A DNA stretch of 58,426 nt from a virus. Lineage: Duplodnaviria; Caudoviricetes. Position 1 is the first letter of the stretch, and the number at the start of each line of letters is the position of its first letter. A model generated the notes under the pieces. It was given only the letters and a program-made list of their open reading frames with translations, was not told the origin of the DNA and did not search any database. Position numbers and translations under genes: made by a program. This document shows positions 18,045-28,211 of the stretch, one piece after another. The stretch is from IMG/VR virus record IMGVR_UViG_3300046012_001130, positions 1 to 58,426 of that record; one strand, written 5' to 3'.

Positions 18045-21000
18045 ATGGTTTCGCTCGATCTCATCCGCAAAGTCACCGTGCAATATCAGTCGACCGGCGC
18101 CGAAAAGGCCGCCGCCGATTACGACAAGCTTACCTCAGCACAGGACAAGGCGGCCGCATCAGCGACACGCGTCGAGGCGACGACCGAAAAGCTGTCGCGC
18201 ACGCAATTGAGCGTGTCGGGCGCGACCGAACGTTATGTGCGGGCGATGGACCCTGCCGCCCGCGCGCAGGCGCAGGTTGAGCGCGGCGAGAGGCTGATGG
18301 CGGCGGCCCGCGCCCAGGGCTTGCCGATTACCGCCGCCATGAATAACGCGCTCGAACTCGCGCGCAAGCGGCACGAAGAATATTCGAAAGCAGCCGAGGC
18401 GAACACGCGCGCCATCGGCCTCAATCGCATGCAGATGATGGAATTCGGCCATGTGGCGCGAAGCGTCGCCGATTCCGTCGCGGCGGGCGCCAATCCATTG
18501 CGCGTGCTGAGCCAGGAAGGCGGCCGCGTCGCGCAAATTTTCACCGAAGGCCAGGGCGGCGTTGGCGGCACCTTCAAGGCGCTGACCAGCCAGGTCGGCC
18601 GGCTCGCCTTTTCCTGGGTCGGCCTCGGCCTCGCGGCGGCTGGCGCGAGCGCCATCGGCGCCGGCGCGGCTCTTTCCTGGGCCAGCGCGCAAAGCCGGCT
18701 GGCGGCCTCGCTGAACGGCGTCGGGCGCGCATCAGGGCTTAATCTCGCTGGGCTCAATAGCGCCGCTCGCGCGGCTGCGACGGCCGGCGGCCTTTCGACG
18801 CCTGAAGCCCGCACTCTGATGGCGGGTTTTGCCGGTACGGGGACGATCTCCGGGTCGTTGGGGCAAAGCCTTGCCGGTTCAAGCCGACGCTTCGGCGACA
18901 TAACCGGCCAGTCGACGGCCGATGCCGGTGCCATGCTCGCGAAGCTCTTTGCCGATCCGAGCGCCGGCGCCAAGGGATTGTCTAAAATATTCGGCGATCT
19001 CGACGCGCGGACGCTCGAGCTGATTCAATCGGAGCAGGCTAGGGGCGAAATCGTCGCCGCGCAGAAGACCTTACTCGACTCCTTTTCAGCGAGTCTGAAG
19101 GCGGCGACCGATAACACCTGGAAGTTGCAGGACTGGGCGCAGAACGCCAAAAACGCCGGCGCCAATTTCCTCGATCGGATCGGCGCCGGCATCGCCGAAT
19201 TGGTCGCGAAGCCGCCGCTGGCCGTGCAACAGACCGATATTCAAGCCCAGATCGGCGTTCTGAGCCGGGAGCGAGGGCAGGAGGGCAATGTCGCGCGGCT
19301 GCGCGCGCAATATGAGACGAACCAGCAGATCCTCGATAAGGAGGCGCAGCGGGCGCAGGCGGACGCTCGCCAGCAAGCTGCGACGCGGCTCGGCAATCAG
19401 GCGGCTGATGCGGTACGAGCGGCATTGCCGGATTTCGTCCGTGCCAATAGTCTTGCCGACCGCATCGGCCTGTTGCGCAACGCCGCCGGCAATAGCGATG
19501 CCATGCACGGGCTCGAAGGTTTTGATGTCAACGGCGCGCTGTCGCGCAGCCTCATGCAGCAGCGTAATCTCGATCCCGGCCGTCGTGCCGCGCAGGACGA
19601 TCTGCTTTCCATTCAAAATAGCCAGGCTCGCACGCTGGCGGAGAAAATTGCCGTCGATGCCGAAAAGGCGCGGCTTCAAGTGCTGCGCGATACGGGCGAT
19701 GCGTTGCAGGCGGCCGCCGCGGCGGAATCGGCTCGCAACGAACAGATCGCCGCCGCCAACCGTCAGGCCCAGGATGTGGTGAAACAATCGGGCCGCGATT
19801 TGCAAATGGCCGGAATGTCGCCCTATCAGCGGGGACGGCAAGAGATTGAGAATCGTTTTGCCGATTTGCGCGAGCAGTTGACGGCTTCGCCGACTCAACT
19901 CGCCAATGCGATGAGGCCGCAATTCTCCACCGATATCGACCGGCTCGGCGATGCGGCGACGCGGGCCGCCGATGCGCTCGACCGCATCGCTAATGACAAT
20001 TCGCCCTATGGATCGGTTCGGGCTCCCGGTTCTATCAGCGGCGGCGCGTCGGGGCCTTGGGGCTCCGTTCGCGCGCCGGGCTCGATCAGCGGAAATAATC
20101 CCGGCAACCTCGAAGTTTCAAGCTTCAGCGCGGGCCAGCCTGGCTTCATCGGCGGCGGCCGTTTCGCCAGTTTTGCGACACCGGCCGACGGCTACCGCGC
20201 CGCCAACAATCTGCTGACCTCCTATGTTCACCGTGGCTACCGGACGCCGGCTGCAATTATCAACCGCTGGGCCCCGCGCAGCGACGGCAATGATCCGGCG
20301 GCCTACGGCGCCTCGATCGCCAAGATCGCCGGCCTCGATCCGAATGCGACGCTTGGCTTCGACGCACAGTCGCGCTCTCGCCTGCTCTTTGCCATGACGA
20401 AGGTCGAACACGGCTCGTCGCCTTATGGCGAGAGCGCCATCGCCGGCATGTTGCAAGGCAAGGCGCCGGTCGGCCTCACCACCGCAGGAGCGGTCGCCAC
20501 GGCGCACAGCCAATCGGTCGCTGCCTATAATATCGAATCAATTCAACAGCCTTTCAAGCAATCCAATCAAGCGCTCAAGGATCAGAATCTGCTGCTCGAC
20601 GTGCAACAGAAGGCCTTCGGCAAATCGAAAGCTGAACTCGAAGGCCTGCTCGCGGCGCAAAAGCTTTATAATGACTTCACCGACGCCGGTGTGACGGTGA
20701 CGGCGGCCATGAACGAGCAGATCCAGGCTTACGGTGCCGGCGTCACGACGCTGAATCGGCGCCAGGAGCAAATGCAGAGGCAACAGGACGCCATGGGCGC
20801 GGTGCGCGATGTTGGATCTAGCTTTATCGACTCAGTCGCCCAAGGCCTCGCCACGAGGCACCGCAACGTCCACCAGACGATCTTCGGCAGCGCCATGCAT
20901 AGCGTCGGCACGAGCCTTCTCTCCTCCGGCGAGCGCGCTCTGACGGGCGCCTTGTTTGGCGGTGGTCGCGACGGCGGCAACGGCGTTCTAGGCAGCCTCT

Positions 21001-21425
21001 TCGCATCATTGTTCGGCGGCGTTGGCGGCGGCGGCGCGCCGATGCAGCTCCACTTCGCCGGCGGCGGTGTGATGACGTCGCGCGGTCCGCTCGCCTTGCG
21101 GCGCTATGCTGGCGGCGGGGTCGCCGATAGCCCTCAACTCGCCATGTTCGGCGAGGGTTCCGGGCCGGAAGCCTATGTGCCGCTGCCCGACGGGCGTTCG
21201 ATTCCGGTCAATATGCGTGGCCGTTCGGGGCCGGCTCAGCCCGGTCATACCTTCAATAGTTCGACAACGATCGTCATGAATGGCGGCGACGATCCGAAAC
21301 GCCAAGCCTCGCAGCTGCAGGCCGAGCTCGATCGGCGCGACGCAAAGCTCATGCAGAACGTGCAGCGGAATGTCGGGTCGATGCAATCAACCTGGAATCG
21401 CCGCTATGGCAAGGCCGCCGGCTGA
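18045..21425 (+). CDS. Tape measure protein with internal lysozyme-like domain
   Basis: 1126 aa Ala-rich helical ORF; NNPGNL...FATPADG...IINRWAP domain; C-terminal FAGGG/GEGSGPEAYVPL. Confidence 0.9.
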   Translation: MVSLDLIRKVTVQYQSTGAEKAAADYDKLTSAQDKAAASATRVEATTEKLSRTQLSVSGATERYVRAMDPAARAQAQVERGERLMAAARAQGLPITAAMNNALELARKRHEEYSKAAEANTRAIGLNRMQMMEFGHVARSVADSVAAGANPLRVLSQEGGRVAQIFTEGQGGVGGTFKALTSQVGRLAFSWVGLGLAAAGASAIGAGAALSWASAQSRLAASLNGVGRASGLNLAGLNSAARAAATAGGLSTPEARTLMAGFAGTGTISGSLGQSLAGSSRRFGDITGQSTADAGAMLAKLFADPSAGAKGLSKIFGDLDARTLELIQSEQARGEIVAAQKTLLDSFSASLKAATDNTWKLQDWAQNAKNAGANFLDRIGAGIAELVAKPPLAVQQTDIQAQIGVLSRERGQEGNVARLRAQYETNQQILDKEAQRAQADARQQAATRLGNQAADAVRAALPDFVRANSLADRIGLLRNAAGNSDAMHGLEGFDVNGALSRSLMQQRNLDPGRRAAQDDLLSIQNSQARTLAEKIAVDAEKARLQVLRDTGDALQAAAAAESARNEQIAAANRQAQDVVKQSGRDLQMAGMSPYQRGRQEIENRFADLREQLTASPTQLANAMRPQFSTDIDRLGDAATRAADALDRIANDNSPYGSVRAPGSISGGASGPWGSVRAPGSISGNNPGNLEVSSFSAGQPGFIGGGRFASFATPADGYRAANNLLTSYVHRGYRTPAAIINRWAPRSDGNDPAAYGASIAKIAGLDPNATLGFDAQSRSRLLFAMTKVEHGSSPYGESAIAGMLQGKAPVGLTTAGAVATAHSQSVAAYNIESIQQPFKQSNQALKDQNLLLDVQQKAFGKSKAELEGLLAAQKLYNDFTDAGVTVTAAMNEQIQAYGAGVTTLNRRQEQMQRQQDAMGAVRDVGSSFIDSVAQGLATRHRNVHQTIFGSAMHSVGTSLLSSGERALTGALFGGGRDGGNGVLGSLFASLFGGVGGGGAPMQLHFAGGGVMTSRGPLALRRYAGGGVADSPQLAMFGEGSGPEAYVPLPDGRSIPVNMRGRSGPAQPGHTFNSSTTIVMNGGDDPKRQASQLQAELDRRDAKLMQNVQRNVGSMQSTWNRRYGKAAG

Positions 21426-21427
21426 AC

Positions 21428-22156
21428 ATGAACATCGGGCCACCCGGCATCGAGTTCAGCCTCGAACTTTGTCCACCCGGTCGCATGACCATGCCGCGCA
21501 TCATCGGCGCCGGCATCGAAGGCGGCCGCTCGCTGTCGGGCATCAGCCAAGCAATTGATGCGACGGGCGGCGGCTTTGTCGCGGTCGATTACAAGATGAT
21601 CCAGCTCGGAAACGTCAATCAGGACCGGCTGCGCTATTTTAATCGCCTCGGATTCCTGAATGGTGGCGTTCGCTCGATCGTTGTGCCGCTGCTGGTCGAC
21701 GCCGTGTCGCCCCTCGCGTTGGGCGCGTCACTTTTCATGGCCTCGAAATTCTCGGATACATCGCACTTTTCCGACGGGTCGTCATTCAGCCAATCCGCGA
21801 TCGCGGCCGTCACGGTCGGCGCCTTCGCGCTTAACGCGTCGACGATCGTGATCAAGATCTTGCAAGGCTCACCCCTGCAGGGCGGCGAATGGTTCGGATT
21901 ATTCCACCCGACCAAGTCGAACCGCGCCTATTTGATCACCGATGTCGATTCGAAGGCGACGAACGAGGATGGTTCCGCAACCTATTCAGTGGCGATCCGA
22001 CCTCCTCTGCGCGGGCCGATCGGCGACGGAAGTGAAGTCGATTTCCTTCGTCCGCGTTGCGTCATGCGGCTGGCTCCGGGAACGACGCTCTCGGTCGATG
22101 TCGAAAAATATTGGTACGGGACGCCCGACATCAGTTTCGTCGAGAGCTTTCCGTAG
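21428..22156 (+). CDS. Distal tail/baseplate protein (probable)
   Basis: Directly after the tape measure gene; IRPPLR...PRCVMRL...ISFVE. Confidence 0.65.
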   Translation: MNIGPPGIEFSLELCPPGRMTMPRIIGAGIEGGRSLSGISQAIDATGGGFVAVDYKMIQLGNVNQDRLRYFNRLGFLNGGVRSIVVPLLVDAVSPLALGASLFMASKFSDTSHFSDGSSFSQSAIAAVTVGAFALNASTIVIKILQGSPLQGGEWFGLFHPTKSNRAYLITDVDSKATNEDGSATYSVAIRPPLRGPIGDGSEVDFLRPRCVMRLAPGTTLSVDVEKYWYGTPDISFVESFP

Positions 22157-22762
22157 ATGGCCTATATCGACGATGCGACGATCGTCGCCTTGCGCGGCAA
22201 CGTCAACCTGGCGATCTTCTTTCGCGTCGGCGCCGATCCCGTCCTGCATCTCTGTCTCGGCGTCAATGACATTCCTGCCGGCATCCCGGTGCTCGATCCA
22301 GACGGCACGGTTTATACGGGCGCGGGCCAGCTTCTCAGCATTCCTGATCTCGAAAGCTTGATCAACGGCATCGCCGACAAGGTATCATTCTCGGTTAGCG
22401 GCGTAGCGCAGGCGTTCAGCGAATTCTTTATCGAAAATGCGCCGCCGGTGCTTGGCGCGCTCTGCACCGTCGGCCTCGCAGTGCTCGATGAGCGCTACCA
22501 GATCGTCGGATCGATCGTGAGCCTGTGGGAGGGGATGGCGGATTACTGGGCAATGGAACAGCAGCCTCAGTCCGACGTCACCAAGCCCCTAATGCGCACG
22601 ATCGCGCTGGTCTGCTCGAGCGGCTATTCGGCGCGCGGTTTCGCGCGGCTCGAAACCTACACGTCGCAGGCGCAGAAGCTGAAATATCCGACCGATGATT
22701 TCTGCAATAATGTTCCGCGCTATTATCAAGGTCAGGTCGTGAGTTGGCCGAGGTATACGTGA
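22157..22762 (+). CDS. Tail tip/hub protein (probable)
   Basis: YTGAGQLL...QKLKYPTDDFC...WP pattern. Confidence 0.65.
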   Translation: MAYIDDATIVALRGNVNLAIFFRVGADPVLHLCLGVNDIPAGIPVLDPDGTVYTGAGQLLSIPDLESLINGIADKVSFSVSGVAQAFSEFFIENAPPVLGALCTVGLAVLDERYQIVGSIVSLWEGMADYWAMEQQPQSDVTKPLMRTIALVCSSGYSARGFARLETYTSQAQKLKYPTDDFCNNVPRYYQGQVVSWPRYT

Positions 22763-22816
22763 GAGACCCAGACGCACTTGATAAGGCCGCAGTCGTCGAA
22801 TGGATCAACTTAGGAG

Positions 22817-23059
22817 ATGCGCATGAACCGCGTTCGCCTTGCGTCTTTGGTATTTGCGATCGGGTCTGCGGCGGTCATCATTCTCGTCTGCGCGTCCGTG
22901 TGGGTTGCTGAACATCCTCTAGTCGCCCAAGGTAACATAGTCACAACGGGCTGCCGGGGATGCGCAACGGCCCCTCCCGGGACGTTTGTGACCAAGGATG
23001 GGGGAACGATCGACCTCACAAATGCGGTCATCAATAGCAGCGCGCGCGCCGCACCTTGA
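22817..23059 (+). CDS. Small membrane protein (moron-like)
   Basis: AGGAG RBS; N-terminal hydrophobic helix; CxxC. Confidence 0.45.
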   Translation: MRMNRVRLASLVFAIGSAAVIILVCASVWVAEHPLVAQGNIVTTGCRGCATAPPGTFVTKDGGTIDLTNAVINSSARAAP

Positions 23060-23238
23060 TCGGCCTTCTCTGCTTCCTTGTCGGCGCGGCAATCGCTGCA
23101 TTCGTCCGCTGGCGGCAGTGGCGCCGAGGCGCCTGTACCGAACGACGCCTCTATTGCAATCCGATAGATTGGGAGGAATTCGAGGCCCATCGCAAAGAAA
23201 CCCGCAATGATCACTCCTGCGTGACGGTCGGACCAGGA

Positions 23239-23460
23239 TTACGCCGACTTTGAGTCTTTGAGGTATCGGCAGAACTCAGCACGCGCCATCGCTTCTACCG
23301 CTTCGTACTGATCCCCTGTCATGTTCCCATCCGGGTAGAGGCGATCGAGTTCTTCGACTTGTTCCTCCGTCAGGATGCCGCCGTAGGTAGCCTGGTAGCC
23401 GTGGACCGTCGTCCCGTCGGGCAACGTATTCGTGATGATTGTCGCGCCATGCCGCGTCAT
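23239..23460 (-). CDS. Small acidic protein, antisense to the tail operon
   Basis: AAAGGGA RBS before ATG 23460; 73 aa. Confidence 0.5.
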   Translation of the reverse strand: MTRHGATIITNTLPDGTTVHGYQATYGGILTEEQVEELDRLYPDGNMTGDQYEAVEAMARAEFCRYLKDSKSA

Positions 23461-23493
23461 GTGGTCCCTTTCACATTCAGGCCGGAAGAAGTG

Positions 23494-23904
23494 ATGCTGT
23501 CGCTGGAAGACTATCTCACCGTAGCCATCCATCGTCCATGGGCCTGGGGTGCCGTGGATTGCTGTTTCTGGGCGGGCGACTGGATCATGGCGGCAACCGG
23601 CCGCGACCCGCTAGCGCCCTACCGCGGCACGTATGACAGCGCGCTCGGCGCTGCCCGGCTGATCAAGGGCCGCGGCGGTCTCGTCGAAATGGTCGGCGCT
23701 GAAATGCAGAATCTTGGTTTCGAGCCCACGGTCGATTGTTCGGACGGCGACATCGCAGCCATCGCCTATCCCGCCGGCGACGAGCGTCATCGCGCCGCCG
23801 ATGTGTCGGTAGTCATTCGACGCGGTCCTTGGTGGCTCGCGCGCGCCTTGAACGGCTGCATCGGACTAGAGGCAACGCCATTGCAGTGCTGGAAGATTTT
23901 ATGA
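23494..23904 (+). CDS. NlpC/P60-like (DUF6950-type) tail tip protein
   Basis: WAWGAVDCCFWAGDWI...TGRDP...RGTY motif. Confidence 0.8.
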   Translation: MLSLEDYLTVAIHRPWAWGAVDCCFWAGDWIMAATGRDPLAPYRGTYDSALGAARLIKGRGGLVEMVGAEMQNLGFEPTVDCSDGDIAAIAYPAGDERHRAADVSVVIRRGPWWLARALNGCIGLEATPLQCWKIL

Positions 23905-26372
23905 GCCTGCACGAATGGCTGGGCGATCCGATTTTCACACCGCTGTTCACGGCGGCTATCGCGGCGGCAGGCGGAACGGCGTCGGTGGCCATCGGCGGCA
24001 TTACCATCAATATTGCAGCGGTTTTGAGCGCAGTTACCGTGACCGCCATCGGCATCGGCCTGGTGCTCTTGTTCTCGCCACGACCGAAGCCCGAGTCAGG
24101 CGCCATCCCCGTCCAGCAGACCACGCCCTACCGCATTTTCGCTTACGGCGTCGTGCGCATGTCCGGCGCCGTCATGCTGAAGGAGAACGCCAACGGGCCG
24201 CTGAATTACGTGGCGGCGCTTTGCGCCCACCGTATCTCGCGGTTCAACCAGCTCTATATGAACGACGATCTCGTCACCATTGCCTTCGATAGTTTCAACC
24301 GGCAGTTCGCCGGGAACATCGGTGCGGGCTTCGACGGCCGCTACGCCGGCGATGTCGGCATTCAATGCCGCCTGGGGCGGACGCCGGAGGTGCCCTACAG
24401 CCTCACCTCGAACCTGTGGGGAACGAGCTATCGCGGCGACGGCATATCTTCGATCGCCATGGTCTGCACGCAGCCGACACAGGCGAATTTTACCAAAATA
24501 TTCCCCTTTTCTGGGCCCGCTCCGAGCGTGGTCATTCGCAGCGCGCGGCTATTCGATCCGCGGCCGCCCGAACAGCATGTCGACGATCCGGAGTCCTGGG
24601 CATTCAGCCAGAACGTCGCGCTGGCGATCCTGCATCATCAATGTTTCTCGGATTTCGGGGCAGGGCGGAATTACCAGACGGCCGTCCTGCCGGTGCTCGA
24701 TTACTGGATCCAGGCGGCGAACGATTGTGACGACTTCATGCCGGTTCGGGGCGGCGGTTCGGAGCGACGTTACGAACTCGGTTTCTTCGGCACGACCGAG
24801 CAGGACCAGAAGACCACCCTGCAAACGATGTTGAACGCCTGCGACGGGCATTTCGTCGAGCGCGGCGACGGCACCATCATCCTGCGGGTCGGAAAGTATG
24901 TCGAGCCAACCGTCGTCATCAGCGATGCCGATATCATCGGGTTTCAGATTCAATCGGCGATAGCCTCCGAAGACGCGATCAACCAGGCCTCGGCGAAATA
25001 TTCATCGCCGGACGCTGGATTTGTCACCGTCGAAACGGACCCCGTGATCAACTTCGCCGACCAGGCCGCGCGTCCGGGCGCGCCGCATGTCGCGCAATTC
25101 GATCTCGGCGCCGTGCAATCGACAGGGCAAGCTTCACGGCTCCTCAATCGTGAGATGATACGGCAGGCGGAACAGATCCGGGGCAAGCTGTGGCTGCGGC
25201 TCTCAGGGCTGAATTGCGCCTATGAGCGCTTCGTGAAAATCAACTCGAACACGGTTCCCTATCTGGCGGACACGGCGGTCGAAATCCGCAGGGCCGTCAT
25301 CAGCCTGCAAAGCGGCACCGTCGAAATCGATTTCCTCGGCACCGGGCCTTCGATCGACACGTTCGACCCGGGCGTCGACGGCAGCACACCGCCCTATGTG
25401 CCGCGCCGCTCCGTCGAGCTCGGGTTGCCGACGCCGGGCAGGGTCAGGGTTATCCCGAGTCTAGACTCCAACGGTGGTGTGTTTTTCGGCGTGTCGTGGG
25501 ACGATATGCCGTCCGATCTTGGCTACTCGAGCTATACTTGGACGATGCAATGGCGCGTCCCCGATGTCGGCGGCGGCGTTCCGGGCTCATGGGGCTCGGC
25601 CACTTTCATCTCGCCAACTTCCGTCAATCAGCGCTTCATCGAGGCTATTCCGCCCAATGAGGTCGACGCCGGGTTCGATTACGAAGTTCAGGTTTTTTCC
25701 GTCGCCAGCGGGGACTCCCTTTCGACGTCGAACATCTTTCAAAAAGTCGGCACCAAGCCCGAGGCTTGCGCGCCGGCCCGTCCGACAGGGCTTGCCTGCG
25801 CCGTGCTCGCCCCCGGCCTTGTGCAGGCGACAGGCAACCAGTCCACATCGCCAAATGCGGCCTTCGTCCGATTGTTTCGCAGCGCGGCCGGTGATTCCTT
25901 CGATATGGCCGTGCCATGCGGACCGATGTTCCGCGTCGCGGTCGGAAGCTTTTTCACGACGAATGACAACCCGCCGGGCGGCCACTTTTCCTATTGGCTC
26001 GCGAGTTATGCGGAGAACGGCGTTGGATCGGATTCGCTCGCGCCGGTCGATGTCTTTGCGCCCGACCCGTCCTATCCGGCGCCGACCGGCCTGACCGCGG
26101 CGGGATCGACCGACGGTTCGGGGGGCTCGCCGCTCACCGTGGTCGCACCGAACGCGACCGACATTTATGTCGTGCAGTTCTACGTGGTCGCGTCGGGCGG
26201 AGGATTTGCCGCCGCGGTTCCTGTCGGCCCGCAGCTTGGCGCGTTGCCAGGCGAGACGATCGGCTATGCCGACACCCAGGCGCTGGGCGACTGGGATTAT
26301 TACGCGACGGCGTTCAGCCGAACGCTCGCCGAATCGGCACCTGAGGGGCCTGTCTCGGTGACTCTCTCCTAA
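23901..26372 (+). CDS. Central tail fibre/host-specificity (J-like) protein with FN3-like C-terminal repeats
   Basis: AYGVVRMSG, LFDPR, SQNVAL and LNACDG motifs; repeated PxPTGL starts. Confidence 0.85.
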   Translation: MSLHEWLGDPIFTPLFTAAIAAAGGTASVAIGGITINIAAVLSAVTVTAIGIGLVLLFSPRPKPESGAIPVQQTTPYRIFAYGVVRMSGAVMLKENANGPLNYVAALCAHRISRFNQLYMNDDLVTIAFDSFNRQFAGNIGAGFDGRYAGDVGIQCRLGRTPEVPYSLTSNLWGTSYRGDGISSIAMVCTQPTQANFTKIFPFSGPAPSVVIRSARLFDPRPPEQHVDDPESWAFSQNVALAILHHQCFSDFGAGRNYQTAVLPVLDYWIQAANDCDDFMPVRGGGSERRYELGFFGTTEQDQKTTLQTMLNACDGHFVERGDGTIILRVGKYVEPTVVISDADIIGFQIQSAIASEDAINQASAKYSSPDAGFVTVETDPVINFADQAARPGAPHVAQFDLGAVQSTGQASRLLNREMIRQAEQIRGKLWLRLSGLNCAYERFVKINSNTVPYLADTAVEIRRAVISLQSGTVEIDFLGTGPSIDTFDPGVDGSTPPYVPRRSVELGLPTPGRVRVIPSLDSNGGVFFGVSWDDMPSDLGYSSYTWTMQWRVPDVGGGVPGSWGSATFISPTSVNQRFIEAIPPNEVDAGFDYEVQVFSVASGDSLSTSNIFQKVGTKPEACAPARPTGLACAVLAPGLVQATGNQSTSPNAAFVRLFRSAAGDSFDMAVPCGPMFRVAVGSFFTTNDNPPGGHFSYWLASYAENGVGSDSLAPVDVFAPDPSYPAPTGLTAAGSTDGSGGSPLTVVAPNATDIYVVQFYVVASGGGFAAAVPVGPQLGALPGETIGYADTQALGDWDYYATAFSRTLAESAPEGPVSVTLS

Positions 26373-26470
26373 CGAATTCGACACGCATCGCGGGCGCGCC
26401 AGGCGCGTCACGCGGCTATGCGTCGAACAGCAGCGTCGGATGACGCCGCATCCCACAGATGGAAATCAAC

Positions 26471-28045
26471 ATGAAATTCATGCGCTCGGCTTTTGCCGCG
26501 GCGGCGCTTCTCTTTGCGTCCGCCACAGGTCACGCACAAAGCTTCCTGCCGACCACGATCACCAGCGACGCGAATACGATCTTTCGCGATTACAACACCG
26601 ACGGTGTTCCCTCGAGCGGCGCCTACAATCCGCAAAAGTCGCAGATCCGTTCTCTTTTCGGAGCGATTGGGTCGATCATCATTTCGAGCGACAAGACGCT
26701 TGCGGTACCGGCCGACTACGCGACGGTGCAGGACGCTCTTGCGGCGGTGCAGAATTCAATCATCGATAGCGGCGTCACGGTGACGATCGCGGTCACCGGC
26801 CGCCAGACCTACACGACGCCGATCCAGGTTCGCCACCCCTATGGCGATCGCATCTGCATCACCGGAACCCCCACCACCACGCAGGCGATCAGCGCTTTTG
26901 CCAGCGCCACAGGATCGGCAGGCGGCTGGAGCGTCAAGATTACCGTGCCGAGCACGAGCGGCATCGCGGTCGGCGATCTCGTCGGAGTGGAAGGCGCATC
27001 AGGCGTCACCTACGCGGATCTGCAAGACGGCATCTGGAACGTCTCGGCGATCAATAGTTCAACCCAACTGACGGAGACAAATACCACCTGGTATTCGACC
27101 GCGCCGCCGGCAGGCGCGGTCGGCACGCTTCGAACCTATCCGACCCAACTAAAATTCACGGCGTCAACGGGCGTCGAGGCCGATCACCTCGGCTGTCTTG
27201 AAGAGATAGCGCTACACGGCAGCCTCACCGGCACGGCTTTCGGCCTCTTCGTCAAAGATCCGGACGATGCAATCCAGCAGGGCACGGTGCTCGCCGGGCC
27301 GCACCTCGGCGTCGCGGGTTTCACGGTCGATGGGGTGCGGGCCAATTATGGAGGCGTGATAAGGGCCAGCTACGTTTCCGTTTCCAACAATGGCAACAAT
27401 GGCTTTCTGACCCGTGATCTGGCCCACATCAATTGCCAAGCAGGTTGCGTTTCGACCGGAAACGGAATCAGCGGCCTCGCACCGGTACAGTCTGGCGGCA
27501 ATGGGTTCGAGGCGGAACTCGACAGCTCGCAACTTCTCGAAGGGGCTTTGTCCGTCGGCAATTTCGAAGACGGCTATCTGGCGCGAACCAACTCGTCGAT
27601 CCTCTGCGATAATTCCGCGCCATGTTCGGCTATCGGAAATCTGACCAACAATTACGAAACACAGGTGCTCGGCTTTCTTCAGAACGTCGGCGGGGTCGCG
27701 TTCGGAGCCGGCAATGATTCGTGGGTGGCGAATGGCGGGGTGATGCTGGCGATCAGCAGCACGGCGAACCATTCCGGCTCCAACTCCTATGCGGCGACGC
27801 TGGGCGGTTATTTGAACGCGCAAACGTCGACCGCGACCAACCAGGTCGACAACGGTTATTCGTCGTCTGGCACCGGAACTTTGATCGATGCAACAGGATC
27901 GACCGTCGTCGCGACGGTCGGAGGCACCCCCTATCTCGCGGGCGATACCGGCTACCTGATCAACACCGGCGCCGCCGGCCTTACGACCGCGAGCCCGACG
28001 GTGAATACGGGAGCAGTCGCGCCGGCTGGCTACATTCGTCACTAG
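26471..28045 (+). CDS. Tailspike/receptor-binding protein (beta-helix-like) with signal-peptide-like N-terminus
   Basis: FRDYNTDGVPSSG anchor motif, VPADYATVQDAL and N/G-rich beta-helix repeats. Confidence 0.7.
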   Translation: MKFMRSAFAAAALLFASATGHAQSFLPTTITSDANTIFRDYNTDGVPSSGAYNPQKSQIRSLFGAIGSIIISSDKTLAVPADYATVQDALAAVQNSIIDSGVTVTIAVTGRQTYTTPIQVRHPYGDRICITGTPTTTQAISAFASATGSAGGWSVKITVPSTSGIAVGDLVGVEGASGVTYADLQDGIWNVSAINSSTQLTETNTTWYSTAPPAGAVGTLRTYPTQLKFTASTGVEADHLGCLEEIALHGSLTGTAFGLFVKDPDDAIQQGTVLAGPHLGVAGFTVDGVRANYGGVIRASYVSVSNNGNNGFLTRDLAHINCQAGCVSTGNGISGLAPVQSGGNGFEAELDSSQLLEGALSVGNFEDGYLARTNSSILCDNSAPCSAIGNLTNNYETQVLGFLQNVGGVAFGAGNDSWVANGGVMLAISSTANHSGSNSYAATLGGYLNAQTSTATNQVDNGYSSSGTGTLIDATGSTVVATVGGTPYLAGDTGYLINTGAAGLTTASPTVNTGAVAPAGYIRH

Positions 28046-28211
28046 CCGCCGGCCTGCCACGAACGATCATCATCACCGCGCCTGGAGTTTCTCCGATGCG
28101 ACTTGCGCCGGCTTCTGTCGTCCTGCTTGGCGTCGCGCCGGCGCTTGCGGGCGGTACGCGTGAGAGCGGAAAAGCCGCATCCCATTAGGCGCACAACAAA
28201 AGCGGCTGAAC

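Noticed and set aside
23901-28045. Diversity-generating retroelement or invertible tail-fibre switch
   Set aside because: No reverse transcriptase, TR/VR pair or invertase seen.
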